Assembly (NCBI GenBank): GCA_030649025.1
Contig: JAUSGO010000031.1
Coordinates: 9,745 to 73,744 of the forward strand
DNA: 64,000 nucleotides
DNA from: a bacterium
GTDB lineage: Bacteria; Patescibacteriota; Minisyncoccia; JAUYLV01
Reading direction: 5' to 3'
The position numbers and the translations under genes were made by a program. Under the pieces are notes generated by a model. That model saw only the letters and a program-made list of their open reading frames with translations. It was not told the origin of the DNA and ran no database searches. Shown here piece after piece: positions 28,880-39,090 of this stretch (within the stretch, counting starts at the first letter, position 1; each line of letters starts with the position of its first letter).

Positions 28880-31501
28880 CTATTTCTTGGACACAATCAC
28901 CACTTTACCGCCTATCAGGTCGGCCTCTACCGTGTCCCCTTCCTTCACTTTGCCTTCTATGATCTCGCGCGCCATGGGGTCCATAATGACCGTTTGCATA
29001 ACGCGCTTTAACGGACGCGCGCCATACGACGGATCATAGCCCATACCCGCAAGAAATTTCCTTGCTGCCGTGGAAACTTCGAGTTTTACCTGTTTATCCT
29101 GTAGACGCTCGTTAAGCCTTTTCACCTGCACGTCCACGATCTTCTCTATCACGCGGGGTGTGAGGTTGTTGAATATCACGACTTCATCGATGCGATTTAA
29201 AAACTCCGGGCGGAAATGCTTTGTAAGTTCCCGTCCGACCTCCTCCTTGATCTCGTCTTTGGCAACACCCTCCATGAAAAGATTTTGCGCAAGGTTTGAG
29301 GTCATGATAATAATGGTATTTTTGAAATTCACCGCTCTGCCTTTGGCATCGGTGAGTTTTCCGTTGTCGAGCACCTGCAGGAGAATGTTAAAAATTTCCG
29401 GGTGCGCTTTCTCGATCTCATCAAATAGTACTACGCTGTAGGGCCTGCGGCGCACCGCTTCGGTCAATTGTCCCCCTTCCTCAAATCCGACGTAGCCCGG
29501 AGGAGAGCCGATGAGGCGCGATACGGCATGCTGTTCCATATATTCGGACATATCAAGCCGTATTAAAGCTTTTTCATCATTGAATAAGAACTCCGCCAGG
29601 GCACGAGCAAGCTCGGTCTTTCCCACGCCGGTAGGCCCCAGGAAAATAAACGATGCGGTCGGCCGCGTGGCCTCGGCAAGGCCCGCCCGGCTTCTGCGAA
29701 TGGCGTCCGCGATGCTCCGCACCGCATCATCCTGTCCGATAACGCGTTTCCCAAGGATCTCTTCCATGAGCGAGAGTTTCATGGATTCGGTTTCTCGGAG
29801 TTTGGTGACCGGGATCCCGGTCCATTGCGCCACCACGCGGGCAATATCCTCCTCATCGACCTCTTCTTTCAAAAAGCGGTGTTTTTTTTCAAGATCAAAA
29901 AGTTTTTTATCGAGGTCTTTTAGCTTATTTTCGACATTGGGCAGGCGGCCATAGCGGATCTCCGCAACCTTCTCCAGGTTCCCTTCCCGCTCATGACGTT
30001 CGGCTTCGGCACGAAGCCTTTCGCGTTCCTCCTTGGCTTTCCGGATCTCGGCTATCATATTCTTTTCCTTATGCCACTGCGCTTCAAGGATTTTGACCTT
30101 CTCTCTCGTATCGGCAATTTCCTTCTCGACTTTCTCAAGCCGTTCCTGTATGCGTTTGTCTTTTTTCCGTCCAAGAAGTTTTTGCTCGTTTTTTAACGCC
30201 TCGCGCTCGATCTCAAGCGTCGTAATGCGCCGAGAAGCCGTATCGAGTTCCTGCGGCATTGAGTCAATTTCCAGCCGAATGAATGAAGCAGCCTCATCCA
30301 TCAAATCAACGGCTTTATCTGGAAGGAATCGTTCGGCTATGTAGCGGTGCGAGAGTTCCGAGGCCGCGATAAGCGCCCGGTCGGTAATACGCACGCCATG
30401 ATGCACCTCGTAGCGTTCCTTGAGTCCCCGCAAGATCGCTATCGTATCTTCCACCGAAGGCTCTTTAACCAAAACCGGCTGGAAGCGTCGCTCCAGCGCC
30501 GCGTCTTTTTCAATATGGCGCTGGTATTCTTTGATGGTGGTTGCCCCGATGGCATGCAGTTCCCCGCGTGCAAGCGCCGGCTTAAGGAGATTTGAAGCGT
30601 CAATGGAGCCTTCGGCTGCGCCTGCGCCGATAAGCATGTGCAATTCATCTATAAAAAGGATGATCTTCCCTTCATTGGCCGTGACCTCCTTCACCACGGC
30701 TTTCAGCCGCTCTTCGAATTCCCCGCGGAACTTCGTGCCGGCAACCAGACTTCCCAGATCAAGCGCAACAAGCTCTTTGCGCTTCAAGCTCTCGGGAACA
30801 TCGCCCGCGACAATACGTTGCGCCAGACCTTCCACAATTGCGGTTTTTCCGACGCCCGCCTCTCCGATAAGCACGGGATTATTTTTCGTACGGCGTGCCA
30901 ACACCTGCATGACGCGGCGAATCTCTCCGTCTCTCCCGATAACCGGATCCAACTTCCCTTCCCGCGCGAGCTTTGTAAGATTCCGCGCATACTTCTCCAG
31001 TATCTGATATTTTGATTCCGGTTCATGCGATTCCACGCGCTGCGACCCCCGAAGGGATTTAAGCGCCTTAAGGGTCGCTTCCTCCGAAACATTGGCTTCT
31101 TCAAGAACCTTCAGGGCAAGGGATTTCTGGCGCAGGAGACCAAGGAGCAGATGCTCGGTAGAAACGTAATCGTCGTGCATTGTCTGTCGCGCACGATCGG
31201 CTTCGGCAAATACACCGGCAAGTTCCTGGGTCAGATACATCTGATTGCCGGCGTTCTCCTGAACATTGCGTGTCCGCGGAAGCTGGGATAGCGCTTCATC
31301 GGTACGGGCAAGTATCATTTTTGCGTCAATGCCTATTTTAGAAAATATCTGCGGAATAAAACCATCGGCGTCCGAAGCCAATGAAAAAAGAAGGTGCAGG
31401 GCGTCAATGCTCTGCTGCCCCCGGGCGCGCGCAACATGCGCGGCTTGTTCAACCGCCTGCTGGGCTTTGTTCGTGAAACTGTTCGGGTCCATGACGGGCA
31501 T
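28880..31501 (-). CDS. clpB: ATP-dependent chaperone ClpB
   Basis: Clp_N repeats, GEAGVGKT and GPTGVGKT Walker A motifs, long middle coiled coil, no IGF loop. Confidence 0.95.
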   Translation of the reverse strand: MPVMDPNSFTNKAQQAVEQAAHVARARGQQSIDALHLLFSLASDADGFIPQIFSKIGIDAKMILARTDEALSQLPRTRNVQENAGNQMYLTQELAGVFAEADRARQTMHDDYVSTEHLLLGLLRQKSLALKVLEEANVSEEATLKALKSLRGSQRVESHEPESKYQILEKYARNLTKLAREGKLDPVIGRDGEIRRVMQVLARRTKNNPVLIGEAGVGKTAIVEGLAQRIVAGDVPESLKRKELVALDLGSLVAGTKFRGEFEERLKAVVKEVTANEGKIILFIDELHMLIGAGAAEGSIDASNLLKPALARGELHAIGATTIKEYQRHIEKDAALERRFQPVLVKEPSVEDTIAILRGLKERYEVHHGVRITDRALIAASELSHRYIAERFLPDKAVDLMDEAASFIRLEIDSMPQELDTASRRITTLEIEREALKNEQKLLGRKKDKRIQERLEKVEKEIADTREKVKILEAQWHKEKNMIAEIRKAKEERERLRAEAERHEREGNLEKVAEIRYGRLPNVENKLKDLDKKLFDLEKKHRFLKEEVDEEDIARVVAQWTGIPVTKLRETESMKLSLMEEILGKRVIGQDDAVRSIADAIRRSRAGLAEATRPTASFIFLGPTGVGKTELARALAEFLFNDEKALIRLDMSEYMEQHAVSRLIGSPPGYVGFEEGGQLTEAVRRRPYSVVLFDEIEKAHPEIFNILLQVLDNGKLTDAKGRAVNFKNTIIIMTSNLAQNLFMEGVAKDEIKEEVGRELTKHFRPEFLNRIDEVVIFNNLTPRVIEKIVDVQVKRLNERLQDKQVKLEVSTAARKFLAGMGYDPSYGARPLKRVMQTVIMDPMAREIIEGKVKEGDTVEADLIGGKVVIVSKK

Positions 31502-31753
31502 ATACTGAAAATTTCTAATGTCTAATGCCTAAATAGAGCTTGGGATGGATTTTTTTAATAATCTGCTTTGTTGGTATTTCGGAAAAAATGCTTGGTTGGT
31601 AAGTATGATGTAAAATAATGGCTCAATAATGGGTTTTTTTAATGCCATTATATCGAATTTTTGAAAAATTCGATATAATTCCGGCGCTCCAAGAAAGCGT
31701 AAGCAAGCTTCCGCCTTGCTTCTCGCTTGGAATTATAGCATATCCTTTAGTAC

Positions 31754-31782
31754 TTGACAAGAGCATAAGATAATTATACAAT
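31754..31782 (+). promoter_or_regulatory. Sigma70 promoter for hrpA
   Basis: TTGACA-N17-TACAAT. Confidence 0.7.
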
Positions 31783-31943
31783 TTATATTCGTAGCTTTTT
31801 TACAATCTCGTGCTAACTCGTACTGACAAAGACCATGGGCGGCCTTGCCCTACAAAGCCTCTTATTCGAGGAAGTGCACGCAGTGCGCGCAAGTAGACAA
31901 GGCGGTCGCTTTCGCGATCTATGTCTGCCTGTGGGAGAAAAGA

Positions 31944-34244
31944 ATGCAATTACCAATTCTGGAATCGCGCGGTAAGATCATCGAAACAGTTTTCCAAAAC
32001 CAGGTCACCATCGTTGTCGGCGAAACCGGGAGCGGCAAGACGACGCAGATCCCGCAGTATTTGTACCACGCGGGGTTTGCCAAAGATGGCATCATCGGCA
32101 TTACGGAACCGCGGCGCATCGCTGCGATCTCCACCGCCGAGTTTGTTGCCAAGCAACTCAAAATGCCGCTTGGCGGTCTTGTCGGATACCAAGTCCGTTT
32201 CGACGACACGTCCTGCGACGGCACCCAGCTCAAGTTTATGACTGACGGAATTCTCCTTCGGGAATTCCAGTCGGACCCGGACTTGAGAAAGTATGCCATC
32301 ATTGTTGTGGATGAGGCTCACGAGCGGAGCCAGAACATCGATTTTGCTCTCGGCCTCTTGAAAAATCTTCTGAAGCGGAGAAAAGACCTGAAGGTCGTTG
32401 TGGCTTCTGCCACGATCGACGAAGGTAAGTTCTCGCGCTACTTCGACAACGCTCCCGTCATCAACGTTTCCGGCCGGATGTTTCCCGTAACCACCGCGTG
32501 GTCAGAGAAAAACATCCCGGAAGAAAAGATGGTGGATGCCGTTGTTGGAAAAGTAAGGGAGATCCACGAACAGGAAAGTCTTGGAGACATTCTGGTCTTC
32601 ATGACCGGACAGGACACCATTCATGCGGTCATCGAAGGCTTGGAAGAGCTTCATCTTTCGGATCTCGTGACCATCCCCGTCTACGCCGCCCTCTCCCAAG
32701 AGGAGCAGCAGAAAATCTTTGCTGCCTACCCCGGGAAACGCAAGGTGGTGGTTGCGACGAACATCGCGGAGACATCGATAACCATCGATGGCATCGTATG
32801 TGTAGTCGACTCGGGACTCGTCAAACAGTCCAACTTTCACCCCGAAAGCGGCATCGAAAGCCTCGACGTCGTGGAACATTCACAAGCCGGATGCGAGCAG
32901 CGCAAAGGCAGAGCCGGAAGAACGCAGGCGGGTATCTGCTACCGTATGTACACCCAGGAAAACTTTCAGGCGCGGACAAAGTTTACCGAACCTGAAATCC
33001 GCAGAACCAGCCTTGCAAGCGTGGTTCTGGCCATGGAGGACATTGGCATCAAGGATATCCGGGAATTCGATTTCATTGATCCGCCGGAGAAAGAGGCCTT
33101 TTTTGAAGCGTACGAGACCTTAATTGCACTCGGAGCAATTCTCCGGGAGAAGAAAGGTCTTACCGAGACGGGAAAATCCATGGCGCGTCTTCCCCTGGAA
33201 CCGCGCATTGCCCGCATGCTTCTTGAAGCGGCCAAGCACAACTGCGTCAAGGACGTCTCTACAATCGCGGCGTTTCTGTCGGTACGGAGCATCTTTGTCC
33301 GACCAAAGGAAAAGGAAGTTGAAGCCGATGCCGCGCATTACCGACTGAAGGTACCAAGTTCCGACGCACTCACGTTCCTGAAAGTCTGGCGAGCTTACGA
33401 GCAAGCTGGATTTTCCAGTTCCTGGTGCTTCGGTAACTTTCTGAACGCAAAAGCCTTGCAGGAGGTGGTGAAGATCCGAACCCAGCTTTTCGAGATCCTT
33501 TCCCGCGAGGGGATGGAACTTACGGAAAGCAAGGATCAGGACGCCATTGCCAAAGCGGTATCGGTAGGGTTGGCTTACAACCTTTTCGAACACCGGTCTC
33601 GGCAATGGTACAGAGGCGTGCTTCGTACAAACAGCGAGGTGGCAATTCATCCAAGCTCAGCCGTATTCGGCAACATGGGGCTGCATTGGGTGGTGGCTTG
33701 CGAAATCGTGCGCACAACTAAGGTTTGGGCACGAGGTTGCACGGCAGTGAAACCGGAGTGGCTGCCGGATATCGCACCCCCGCTTTACAAGTTCGGCGAA
33801 CCTATACTCGATTCCTACACCTCTGGTGAGGATTGGGTGGTGGCGAAAAAGCCGGTTCTCTTTCGCGACCAGATCGTGGGATACGCGAAAAGCAAAATCA
33901 CCATACCTGAAGCTGCTCGGATTCAGCAAGAACGGATACGGGAAGCTACTGCCAAGGGGATGATTGCCCTTACGTTCAAAAAGGCACCCGGCTTATTTGG
34001 CTCCCTCGACAACATGGTTGCCGAACTGAACGGCGTCTCTTACAAGACCTGGTCTCACTACGATGTTGAGGAAGAACAGACCTACTACTGTACTACCGAG
34101 GACTTTATCGGTAGAAAGTACGCGAGGACGGCGTTCAAGGTCTTCAATCTTCCTGAACACGAAGGAGAAAAAGCGACAGCTGCGAGTATACAACCAAGCG
34201 CTCTGGACAATCTTGCTAGACACTGGGGCGCGCGGTTGAAGTAA
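31944..34244 (+). CDS. hrpA: DEAH-box RNA helicase (HrpA/DHX-like) with an atypical C-terminus
   Basis: GETGSGKTT, DEAH, SAT, ATNIAETSIT, QRKGRAGR, then HA2 and OB regions. Start placed at ATG 31944 after GGGAG. Confidence 0.88.
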   Translation: MQLPILESRGKIIETVFQNQVTIVVGETGSGKTTQIPQYLYHAGFAKDGIIGITEPRRIAAISTAEFVAKQLKMPLGGLVGYQVRFDDTSCDGTQLKFMTDGILLREFQSDPDLRKYAIIVVDEAHERSQNIDFALGLLKNLLKRRKDLKVVVASATIDEGKFSRYFDNAPVINVSGRMFPVTTAWSEKNIPEEKMVDAVVGKVREIHEQESLGDILVFMTGQDTIHAVIEGLEELHLSDLVTIPVYAALSQEEQQKIFAAYPGKRKVVVATNIAETSITIDGIVCVVDSGLVKQSNFHPESGIESLDVVEHSQAGCEQRKGRAGRTQAGICYRMYTQENFQARTKFTEPEIRRTSLASVVLAMEDIGIKDIREFDFIDPPEKEAFFEAYETLIALGAILREKKGLTETGKSMARLPLEPRIARMLLEAAKHNCVKDVSTIAAFLSVRSIFVRPKEKEVEADAAHYRLKVPSSDALTFLKVWRAYEQAGFSSSWCFGNFLNAKALQEVVKIRTQLFEILSREGMELTESKDQDAIAKAVSVGLAYNLFEHRSRQWYRGVLRTNSEVAIHPSSAVFGNMGLHWVVACEIVRTTKVWARGCTAVKPEWLPDIAPPLYKFGEPILDSYTSGEDWVVAKKPVLFRDQIVGYAKSKITIPEAARIQQERIREATAKGMIALTFKKAPGLFGSLDNMVAELNGVSYKTWSHYDVEEEQTYYCTTEDFIGRKYARTAFKVFNLPEHEGEKATAASIQPSALDNLARHWGARLK

Positions 34245-34253
34245 GTAAGCATC

Positions 34254-34290
34254 ATCGGCTCGGAAAACATCCCGAGCCGATTATTTTTAT
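34254..34290 (+). terminator. Intrinsic terminator of hrpA
   Basis: ATCGGCTCGG/CCGAGCCGAT stem followed by TATTTTTAT. Confidence 0.75.
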
Positions 34291-34306
34291 TGGCACAGAG
34301 GGGCAT

Positions 34307-34421
34307 ACCCCGCACTAAAACTCGAATAACGTCCGCGAACAGATATTTATATGAGTCTCGGAATCCGCCTTCGGCTCTGGACATCACTTGCAAATGTCTG
34401 AAGAAAAGCTTAGTGCGGGGT
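34307..34421. repeat. Hairpin element, ACCCCGCAC subfamily
   Basis: ACCCCGCACTAA / TTAGTGCGGGGT ends. The loop shares CCGCGAACAG with the 28236 element and GCCTTCGGC with the 53367 element. Confidence 0.65.
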
Positions 34422-34497
34422 TTCATTTTGTACCCCCGCCTTGGCGGGGAAAAAATATCAAAAAACACCTTAACTCAAGCGAGTTGGTGTTTTAGTG

Positions 34498-35412
34498 TTA
34501 AGATCGGACATCCCAGGAGTCGTTACGCGCGAAGCCGAAAACTTCGAGTTTCCGCAATACGCTCTCTATGGAGGATGACGGCGTTGAGGCGCCGGCAGTG
34601 ACAAAGATGTGCTCCGCCCCGTCAAGATCTTCTTTCAGAAGTTCTTCATCGCGCAGAATAAAAAGCGTATGCCTTTGCAGTTCATTCGAGGAAATTTCCG
34701 CAAGATGCGTCGAGTTTGCGCTTCGCGGGTCTCCTATCACGATGACCGCGTCAAACGCTCTTCCCCGTTCGCGGAGCTCTGCTTGTTTTTTTGAGATATC
34801 GTCGCACATGGTTGGAATGTATCTCACATTCACAAACCGTGCGTGGAGCGCTTCAAGGATACGGTCAATTTCTTTGGCATTGAACGTCGTCTGGTTTACT
34901 ACGCCTATCGGTTCGCGTGCTTCATATGGAAGAGATGTAACTTCATCCGGAAACTGAACAACATGTACCTCGCCCTCAAGAACGCCGATAACTCCGGCAA
35001 CCTCCGGATGATGGCGCGAACGGATGCCGATAAGCACCATCTTCCTTCCCTCATTCTTGAGCTCAAGCGCCATCGCATGAAGATTTTTAACGATAGGGCA
35101 GGTCATATCAATAACCTGTTTATCGCCGAGTAGATCCCTGGCCTGCTCAATATCTTTCGGATTGCGGCCGTGCGCAGTAATAAAAAGCGTGCTTCCCTTC
35201 GCTTCTTCCATATGTTCTGTCACGCGTATGCCCTTTTGCTCAAGGTCTTCGACGGCAACCGCGTTATGCACAAGGTTCCCAAGAACAAAAAAGTTCTGGC
35301 CGTCTTTTCCCCGTATGTCTTTGGCTCCTCTTGCGCCATCTATGGCGCGCTCAACCCCCCAGCAAAACCCCGCGGTCCGGGCAAGCGTAACAGTACGCAA
35401 TAAGTGGGTCAT
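34498..35412 (-). CDS. ispH: 4-hydroxy-3-methylbut-2-enyl diphosphate reductase
   Basis: GFCWGV, VHN, AHG, DMTCP, HPEV, NQTT, TMC, SANS. Confidence 0.88.
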   Translation of the reverse strand: MTHLLRTVTLARTAGFCWGVERAIDGARGAKDIRGKDGQNFFVLGNLVHNAVAVEDLEQKGIRVTEHMEEAKGSTLFITAHGRNPKDIEQARDLLGDKQVIDMTCPIVKNLHAMALELKNEGRKMVLIGIRSRHHPEVAGVIGVLEGEVHVVQFPDEVTSLPYEAREPIGVVNQTTFNAKEIDRILEALHARFVNVRYIPTMCDDISKKQAELRERGRAFDAVIVIGDPRSANSTHLAEISSNELQRHTLFILRDEELLKEDLDGAEHIFVTAGASTPSSSIESVLRKLEVFGFARNDSWDVRS

Positions 35413-35966
35413 CAGCGCCTCCTCTCAACCACAATACTTATCTCTCTTCCGGGATGATGGGGTGCCGCGTCAAAGTCCACGAAAAGCAGGACGGATTGGT
35501 ACGTTCCCAGGTCCAGCAAATTTTTATGGACGTTCAAATGCAAAGAGCCGTCTTTCACTTCGCCGGGCACCGAGCAGGGAAAGGTTCTGGCCAAGAGATG
35601 GCTCAACGCATTGCGCGGCTCCGTGCCGCCAAGAGACTGTATCCGTTCTTCCCGATCATGAACGAAATTCCGACCCTCGCCCCATGCAAAAATTTTTCGC
35701 ATGAAATCCAGAGCAAACTCCGGCAGATCATGCCGTACAAGGCCTTCTTCATTTTCCTGCACACAAAGCATCGGCAGAAAACCGGCCGTGGTGTGCTTCA
35801 CTTGGATGTTAACAATGCCATTCTGGATTTCAAGATGCTTAATCACGCCGTTCAGATGAGGGGTCAGGTCAATGAATTTGATGTGCTCAAACTCCGTTGG
35901 TAAAAGTTCATGTAGCCCGACATTAAGCGTCATGTGGCCCGTTTCCCGCTTCTGGCGAGTCGGCAT
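35412..35966 (-). CDS. YjbQ/UPF0047-family protein
   Basis: KHTTAG..QENE, HD..RNALSHL, LGTYQSVL..DFD..R. Confidence 0.8.
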   Translation of the reverse strand: MPTRQKRETGHMTLNVGLHELLPTEFEHIKFIDLTPHLNGVIKHLEIQNGIVNIQVKHTTAGFLPMLCVQENEEGLVRHDLPEFALDFMRKIFAWGEGRNFVHDREERIQSLGGTEPRNALSHLLARTFPCSVPGEVKDGSLHLNVHKNLLDLGTYQSVLLFVDFDAAPHHPGREISIVVERRR

Positions 35967-36309
35967 ATCTTTTCCTCCTGTGATTTATGATGTAAATGTG
36001 CGTAAGGTATGAAAAGCTTATGATAAAAAATGCCGGAAGTCAACCCCGTTAGAGATCCGATACCTATTGCATTGGCACCCCCCCACCTCGGCTCTTAACA
36101 AAACTCTTGCTGGACAAAGAGGAGTTTTTTTGATATGAGGAACCCGAAAAGTTATGAGCGGAGCACCCTCCGCTCTTTTTCGTTGCCGTTGCGCGCTTGC
36201 AAAAAAAGGTGGCAGCGTGCTACAGTGTCCTTTCGGGCGCACAAATTCAAAAGGCTTGCCGTATGCGCCGCAGAAGGTCTTTTACAAATTCTTCCGGAGG
36301 AGACATTCA

Positions 36310-36744
36310 ATGATAAGAGCAGTTTTCGGCTTGATCACAATGGTTTTGCTTGCCGCCTTTCTCTTTATATGGGGAATGTACGGTTTCGTTGCGCCACTAC
36401 TCACCCACTCGGTCACATACGAAGATGGGGCTGTGTCTGAAATCAGGGCACCGGGGCCTTTCCTGCATGGCCGGATAAGCACCGTTCGGTACCAACGAAC
36501 TCAATATACCGAAGAAGCTTCATTGTTTCTGATGCCATTGCCGTTTTCTGACCCAGGGTCCATTTCCGTCTTGGCAGAGTTTGAACCGGATGGTTCCAGT
36601 CAAATCAAGCGAGTGATCATCGGCGACCATGCCTACACGGAGCAAACGCTGCACAATCACCCCGATGTGCTCGAAAAAGCCACAAGGGTGCTCAAACTTG
36701 GTCGCGTGAAATATGCGGAAATTACATTAACTCCGGAACGCTGA
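36310..36744 (+). CDS. Single-TM hypothetical protein
   Basis: GGAGGAG RBS before ATG 36310; N-terminal TM; terminator downstream. Confidence 0.7.
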   Translation: MIRAVFGLITMVLLAAFLFIWGMYGFVAPLLTHSVTYEDGAVSEIRAPGPFLHGRISTVRYQRTQYTEEASLFLMPLPFSDPGSISVLAEFEPDGSSQIKRVIIGDHAYTEQTLHNHPDVLEKATRVLKLGRVKYAEITLTPER

Positions 36745-36811
36745 TACGTTCTTTTCTGGGCAACACTGCCCAGATTTTTTTAATTTCCAGATCCGCACAC
36801 ACGGGTAACAT

Positions 36812-36836
36812 AAAGCGCCCCCAGTGGGGCGCTTTT
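36812..36836. terminator. Bidirectional terminator
   Basis: AAAGCGCCCC/GGGGCGCTTTT. Confidence 0.7.
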
Positions 36837-36873
36837 CTTCTTCCGATAGCCAAAGGGATGCGAGAATCTGTTT

Positions 36874-37128
36874 CTAGGAAAGATGTTTGGAGACGAGTTT
36901 TGTCATCTCAAACATATCAACCGTCGCCTTTCCGCCGAATACTACCTTCAGAGCCGCATCAGCATTGATATTGCGTTTCTTGGCAGGGTCCTGGAGGTTT
37001 TTGCTTTTAATATACACCCAGAGCTTTTTAACAACTTCCGATCTGGGCATTGGCCCCTCGCCGACTACGACGGCCAACTCCTTACTGACACTCATCGGCT
37101 TCATGAACGCTGAATTTTTTTGCGCCAT
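36874..37128 (-). CDS. Stand-alone SWIB/MDM2-domain protein
   Basis: PRSEVVKKLWVYIK..LQDP..R.I.AD..L..VF..MFEMTKLVSKHL. Confidence 0.92.
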   Translation of the reverse strand: MAQKNSAFMKPMSVSKELAVVVGEGPMPRSEVVKKLWVYIKSKNLQDPAKKRNINADAALKVVFGGKATVDMFEMTKLVSKHLS

Positions 37129-37282
37129 ATATTGATATTACTTAATAATTATTAATTATCTGTGAGTTCATTATACCTGATTACACTTAAATTTACCATG
37201 GCACTTCGGTGGAAGAGAATTAGGCATGTTTGTACAACGCTGTGCTCCGGCGGCAGGATTCGAACCTGCGACCAAGGGATTA

Positions 37283-37818
37283 CACGTGATCCTCTGCTTT
37301 CGTAGAGGCGCGGACTATATCTTCACCATGATCCGACTATAACCGGACTTTAGGTGCTCTGGTATCTAGTCTCTACGGCGCCCCACCTAAGTCTTGCTTT
37401 GCAAAATTGAGGCAGGTTCCCACGGTATTACCCGTTCTTGCGAACAAGGGCTTCACCGTTATCCCAGAGAGTTCATTCCTAAGTTTCCTTAGGAAGCTGC
37501 GTAAAGCTGGCTTCGATTTCTCGATGGCAATTCGCACACACCAATATACATTTATCTAGCTCCCGCTTAATAGCGTCCCATGAGCGCGTATAACCTTTGT
37601 CACCGATTGCAAACTCTTTAGAAGCTGGGTTGCGGTGATGTAGATCAAGTGCCCAGATGCATTTTTTATATCCGCATACTTGGCATTTTCCTCCTTTGTA
37701 CTCCACCGCAAGCATCTTGAGTTTCCTTCTGCGCTTTGCAACCGCTTTCTTCAGGTATTCCGCACGATCACGGTATGTGCGTTTTTCGACCTTTGCCATA
37801 TAAAGCCAGCCAATAGCC
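37283..37818 (-). mobile_element. Group I intron (536 nt) carrying an HNH endonuclease
   Basis: Upstream exon ends in U and the intron ends in G. R-like CCGTAGAGACTAGA and S-like GAAGATATAGTCC elements are present. Confidence 0.9.
37479..37799 (-). CDS. Intron-encoded HNH homing endonuclease
   Basis: CQVCG..LDLHH..CILVCANCHRE. Start reassigned to ATG 37799 inside the intron; the 37880 start in the ORF track overlaps the tRNA exon. Confidence 0.85.
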   Translation of the reverse strand: MAKVEKRTYRDRAEYLKKAVAKRRRKLKMLAVEYKGGKCQVCGYKKCIWALDLHHRNPASKEFAIGDKGYTRSWDAIKRELDKCILVCANCHREIEASFTQLPKET

Positions 37819-37880
37819 ACAGTCCCCTGCGCTACCGCTGCGCTACGCCGGAGCATAGCGTTGTACATAATTTTTAACAC

Positions 37881-39065
37881 CTAATATCCGCCCAATTTAC
37901 GCAGACTTACGTGCTGGCGGATTTTTTCAATGGCCTTTGCTTCAATTTGCCGTATACGCTCTCTCGTTACGCCAAATTCTTTTCCAACCTCTTCCAGGGT
38001 GTGTGTGATGCCGTCTTCAAGCCCAAAGCGCATCTGCAGGATCTTTTGCTCTCTGGGCGTTAAATCCTTGACGATGATGTTGAGGTGATCTTTAAGAAGC
38101 TTCCGTGCCGCCTGTTGAACGGGTGAGGTCTCCTTTTCATCTTCAATAAACTCCACCAGCGTCGAATCCTCCTCTCCTTCTCCGACCGGCGCTTCCAAAG
38201 ATACCACATCCTGGGAAATTTTTCTAATCTGGCGGATCTTTTCAAGCGCCATTCCCATCTCGCTCGATAATTCCTCGTCGAGCGGCTCTCTTCCCAGATC
38301 CTGCAGAAGCCGCCGTTTGACCTGCGTATATTTGGAAATGGTTTCTACCATGTGCACAGGGATGCGGATGGTGCGCGCCTGGTCGGCAAGGGCGCGGGTG
38401 ATCGCCTGCCTTATCCACCAGGTGGCATACGTGGAAAACTTGTATCCGCGCCGGTAATCGAATTTTTCCACGGCCTTAAAAAGGCCAATATTGCCTTCCT
38501 GTATGAGGTCCAGGAGCGTAAGATTCTGGCTTCTTCCCACATAGCGCTTGGCGATGGATACCACCAGACGCAAATTTGCCTGGGTGAGTTTCTGCCGGGC
38601 CGCTTCTTCGTTTTTTTCAATGAGTTTTGCAAGCTCCACCTCTTCAGCTCCTTTCAGCAAGGGCACGCGCCCAATCTCCCGCAAATACATCTGCACGGAA
38701 TCGTGCGCAGCTCCCTCCGCTTCCCCGGCGTCCCGTTTTTTTCCCTTCGGAACGGCACCTTCTTTGCCCTTCTTCGGCAATGTATCAAAAAATCCCCTTG
38801 TCTCCTTAATAACAATGTTCTGCGTCTCAAGTTCCCGATACAGTTTTTCAATATCCTCGACGTTTTCTTCGGCATTCGGCACGAAATGGAGGACTTCCAG
38901 TTCCGTAACAAATCCTCTCTCGCGGCCGCGGCGCAGCAACTCCTCAATATGCGTCCGGTCAAGGCTTATGCGTGCCTCGCGTTTTTTCGCGCTACGGCGT
39001 TTTTGAGAACGGCGCGTCGCATGCGCCTTTCGGCTCCGTATGATCTTTTTTTGCTTCTTTTTCAT
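37881..39065 (-). CDS. rpoD: Primary sigma factor
   Basis: [46 protein letters not shown]. Confidence 0.96.
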   Translation of the reverse strand: MKKKQKKIIRSRKAHATRRSQKRRSAKKREARISLDRTHIEELLRRGRERGFVTELEVLHFVPNAEENVEDIEKLYRELETQNIVIKETRGFFDTLPKKGKEGAVPKGKKRDAGEAEGAAHDSVQMYLREIGRVPLLKGAEEVELAKLIEKNEEAARQKLTQANLRLVVSIAKRYVGRSQNLTLLDLIQEGNIGLFKAVEKFDYRRGYKFSTYATWWIRQAITRALADQARTIRIPVHMVETISKYTQVKRRLLQDLGREPLDEELSSEMGMALEKIRQIRKISQDVVSLEAPVGEGEEDSTLVEFIEDEKETSPVQQAARKLLKDHLNIIVKDLTPREQKILQMRFGLEDGITHTLEEVGKEFGVTRERIRQIEAKAIEKIRQHVSLRKLGGY

Positions 39066-39090
39066 ATGTTGTTGAAATTTTCGAAAGAGA

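Larger units (their letters stand above)
37245..37852 (-). tRNA. tRNA-Asn(GTT) interrupted between anticodon positions 35 and 36
   Basis: 5' exon 37852-37819 TCCGGCGTAGCGCAGCGGTAGCGCAGGGGACTGT and 3' exon 37282-37245 TAATCCCTTGGTCGCAGGTTCGAATCCTGCCGCCGGAG. Joined, they give a cloverleaf with a CTGTTAA loop. Confidence 0.92.

Noticed and set aside
31790-31816. CIRCE element upstream of clpB
   Set aside because: Only one half-site (GTGCTAA) matches, and the other half is degenerate and out of register.
37800-37880. N-terminal extension of the HNH ORF as given in the ORF track
   Set aside because: It overlaps the tRNA 5' exon; the plausible start is ATG 37799.
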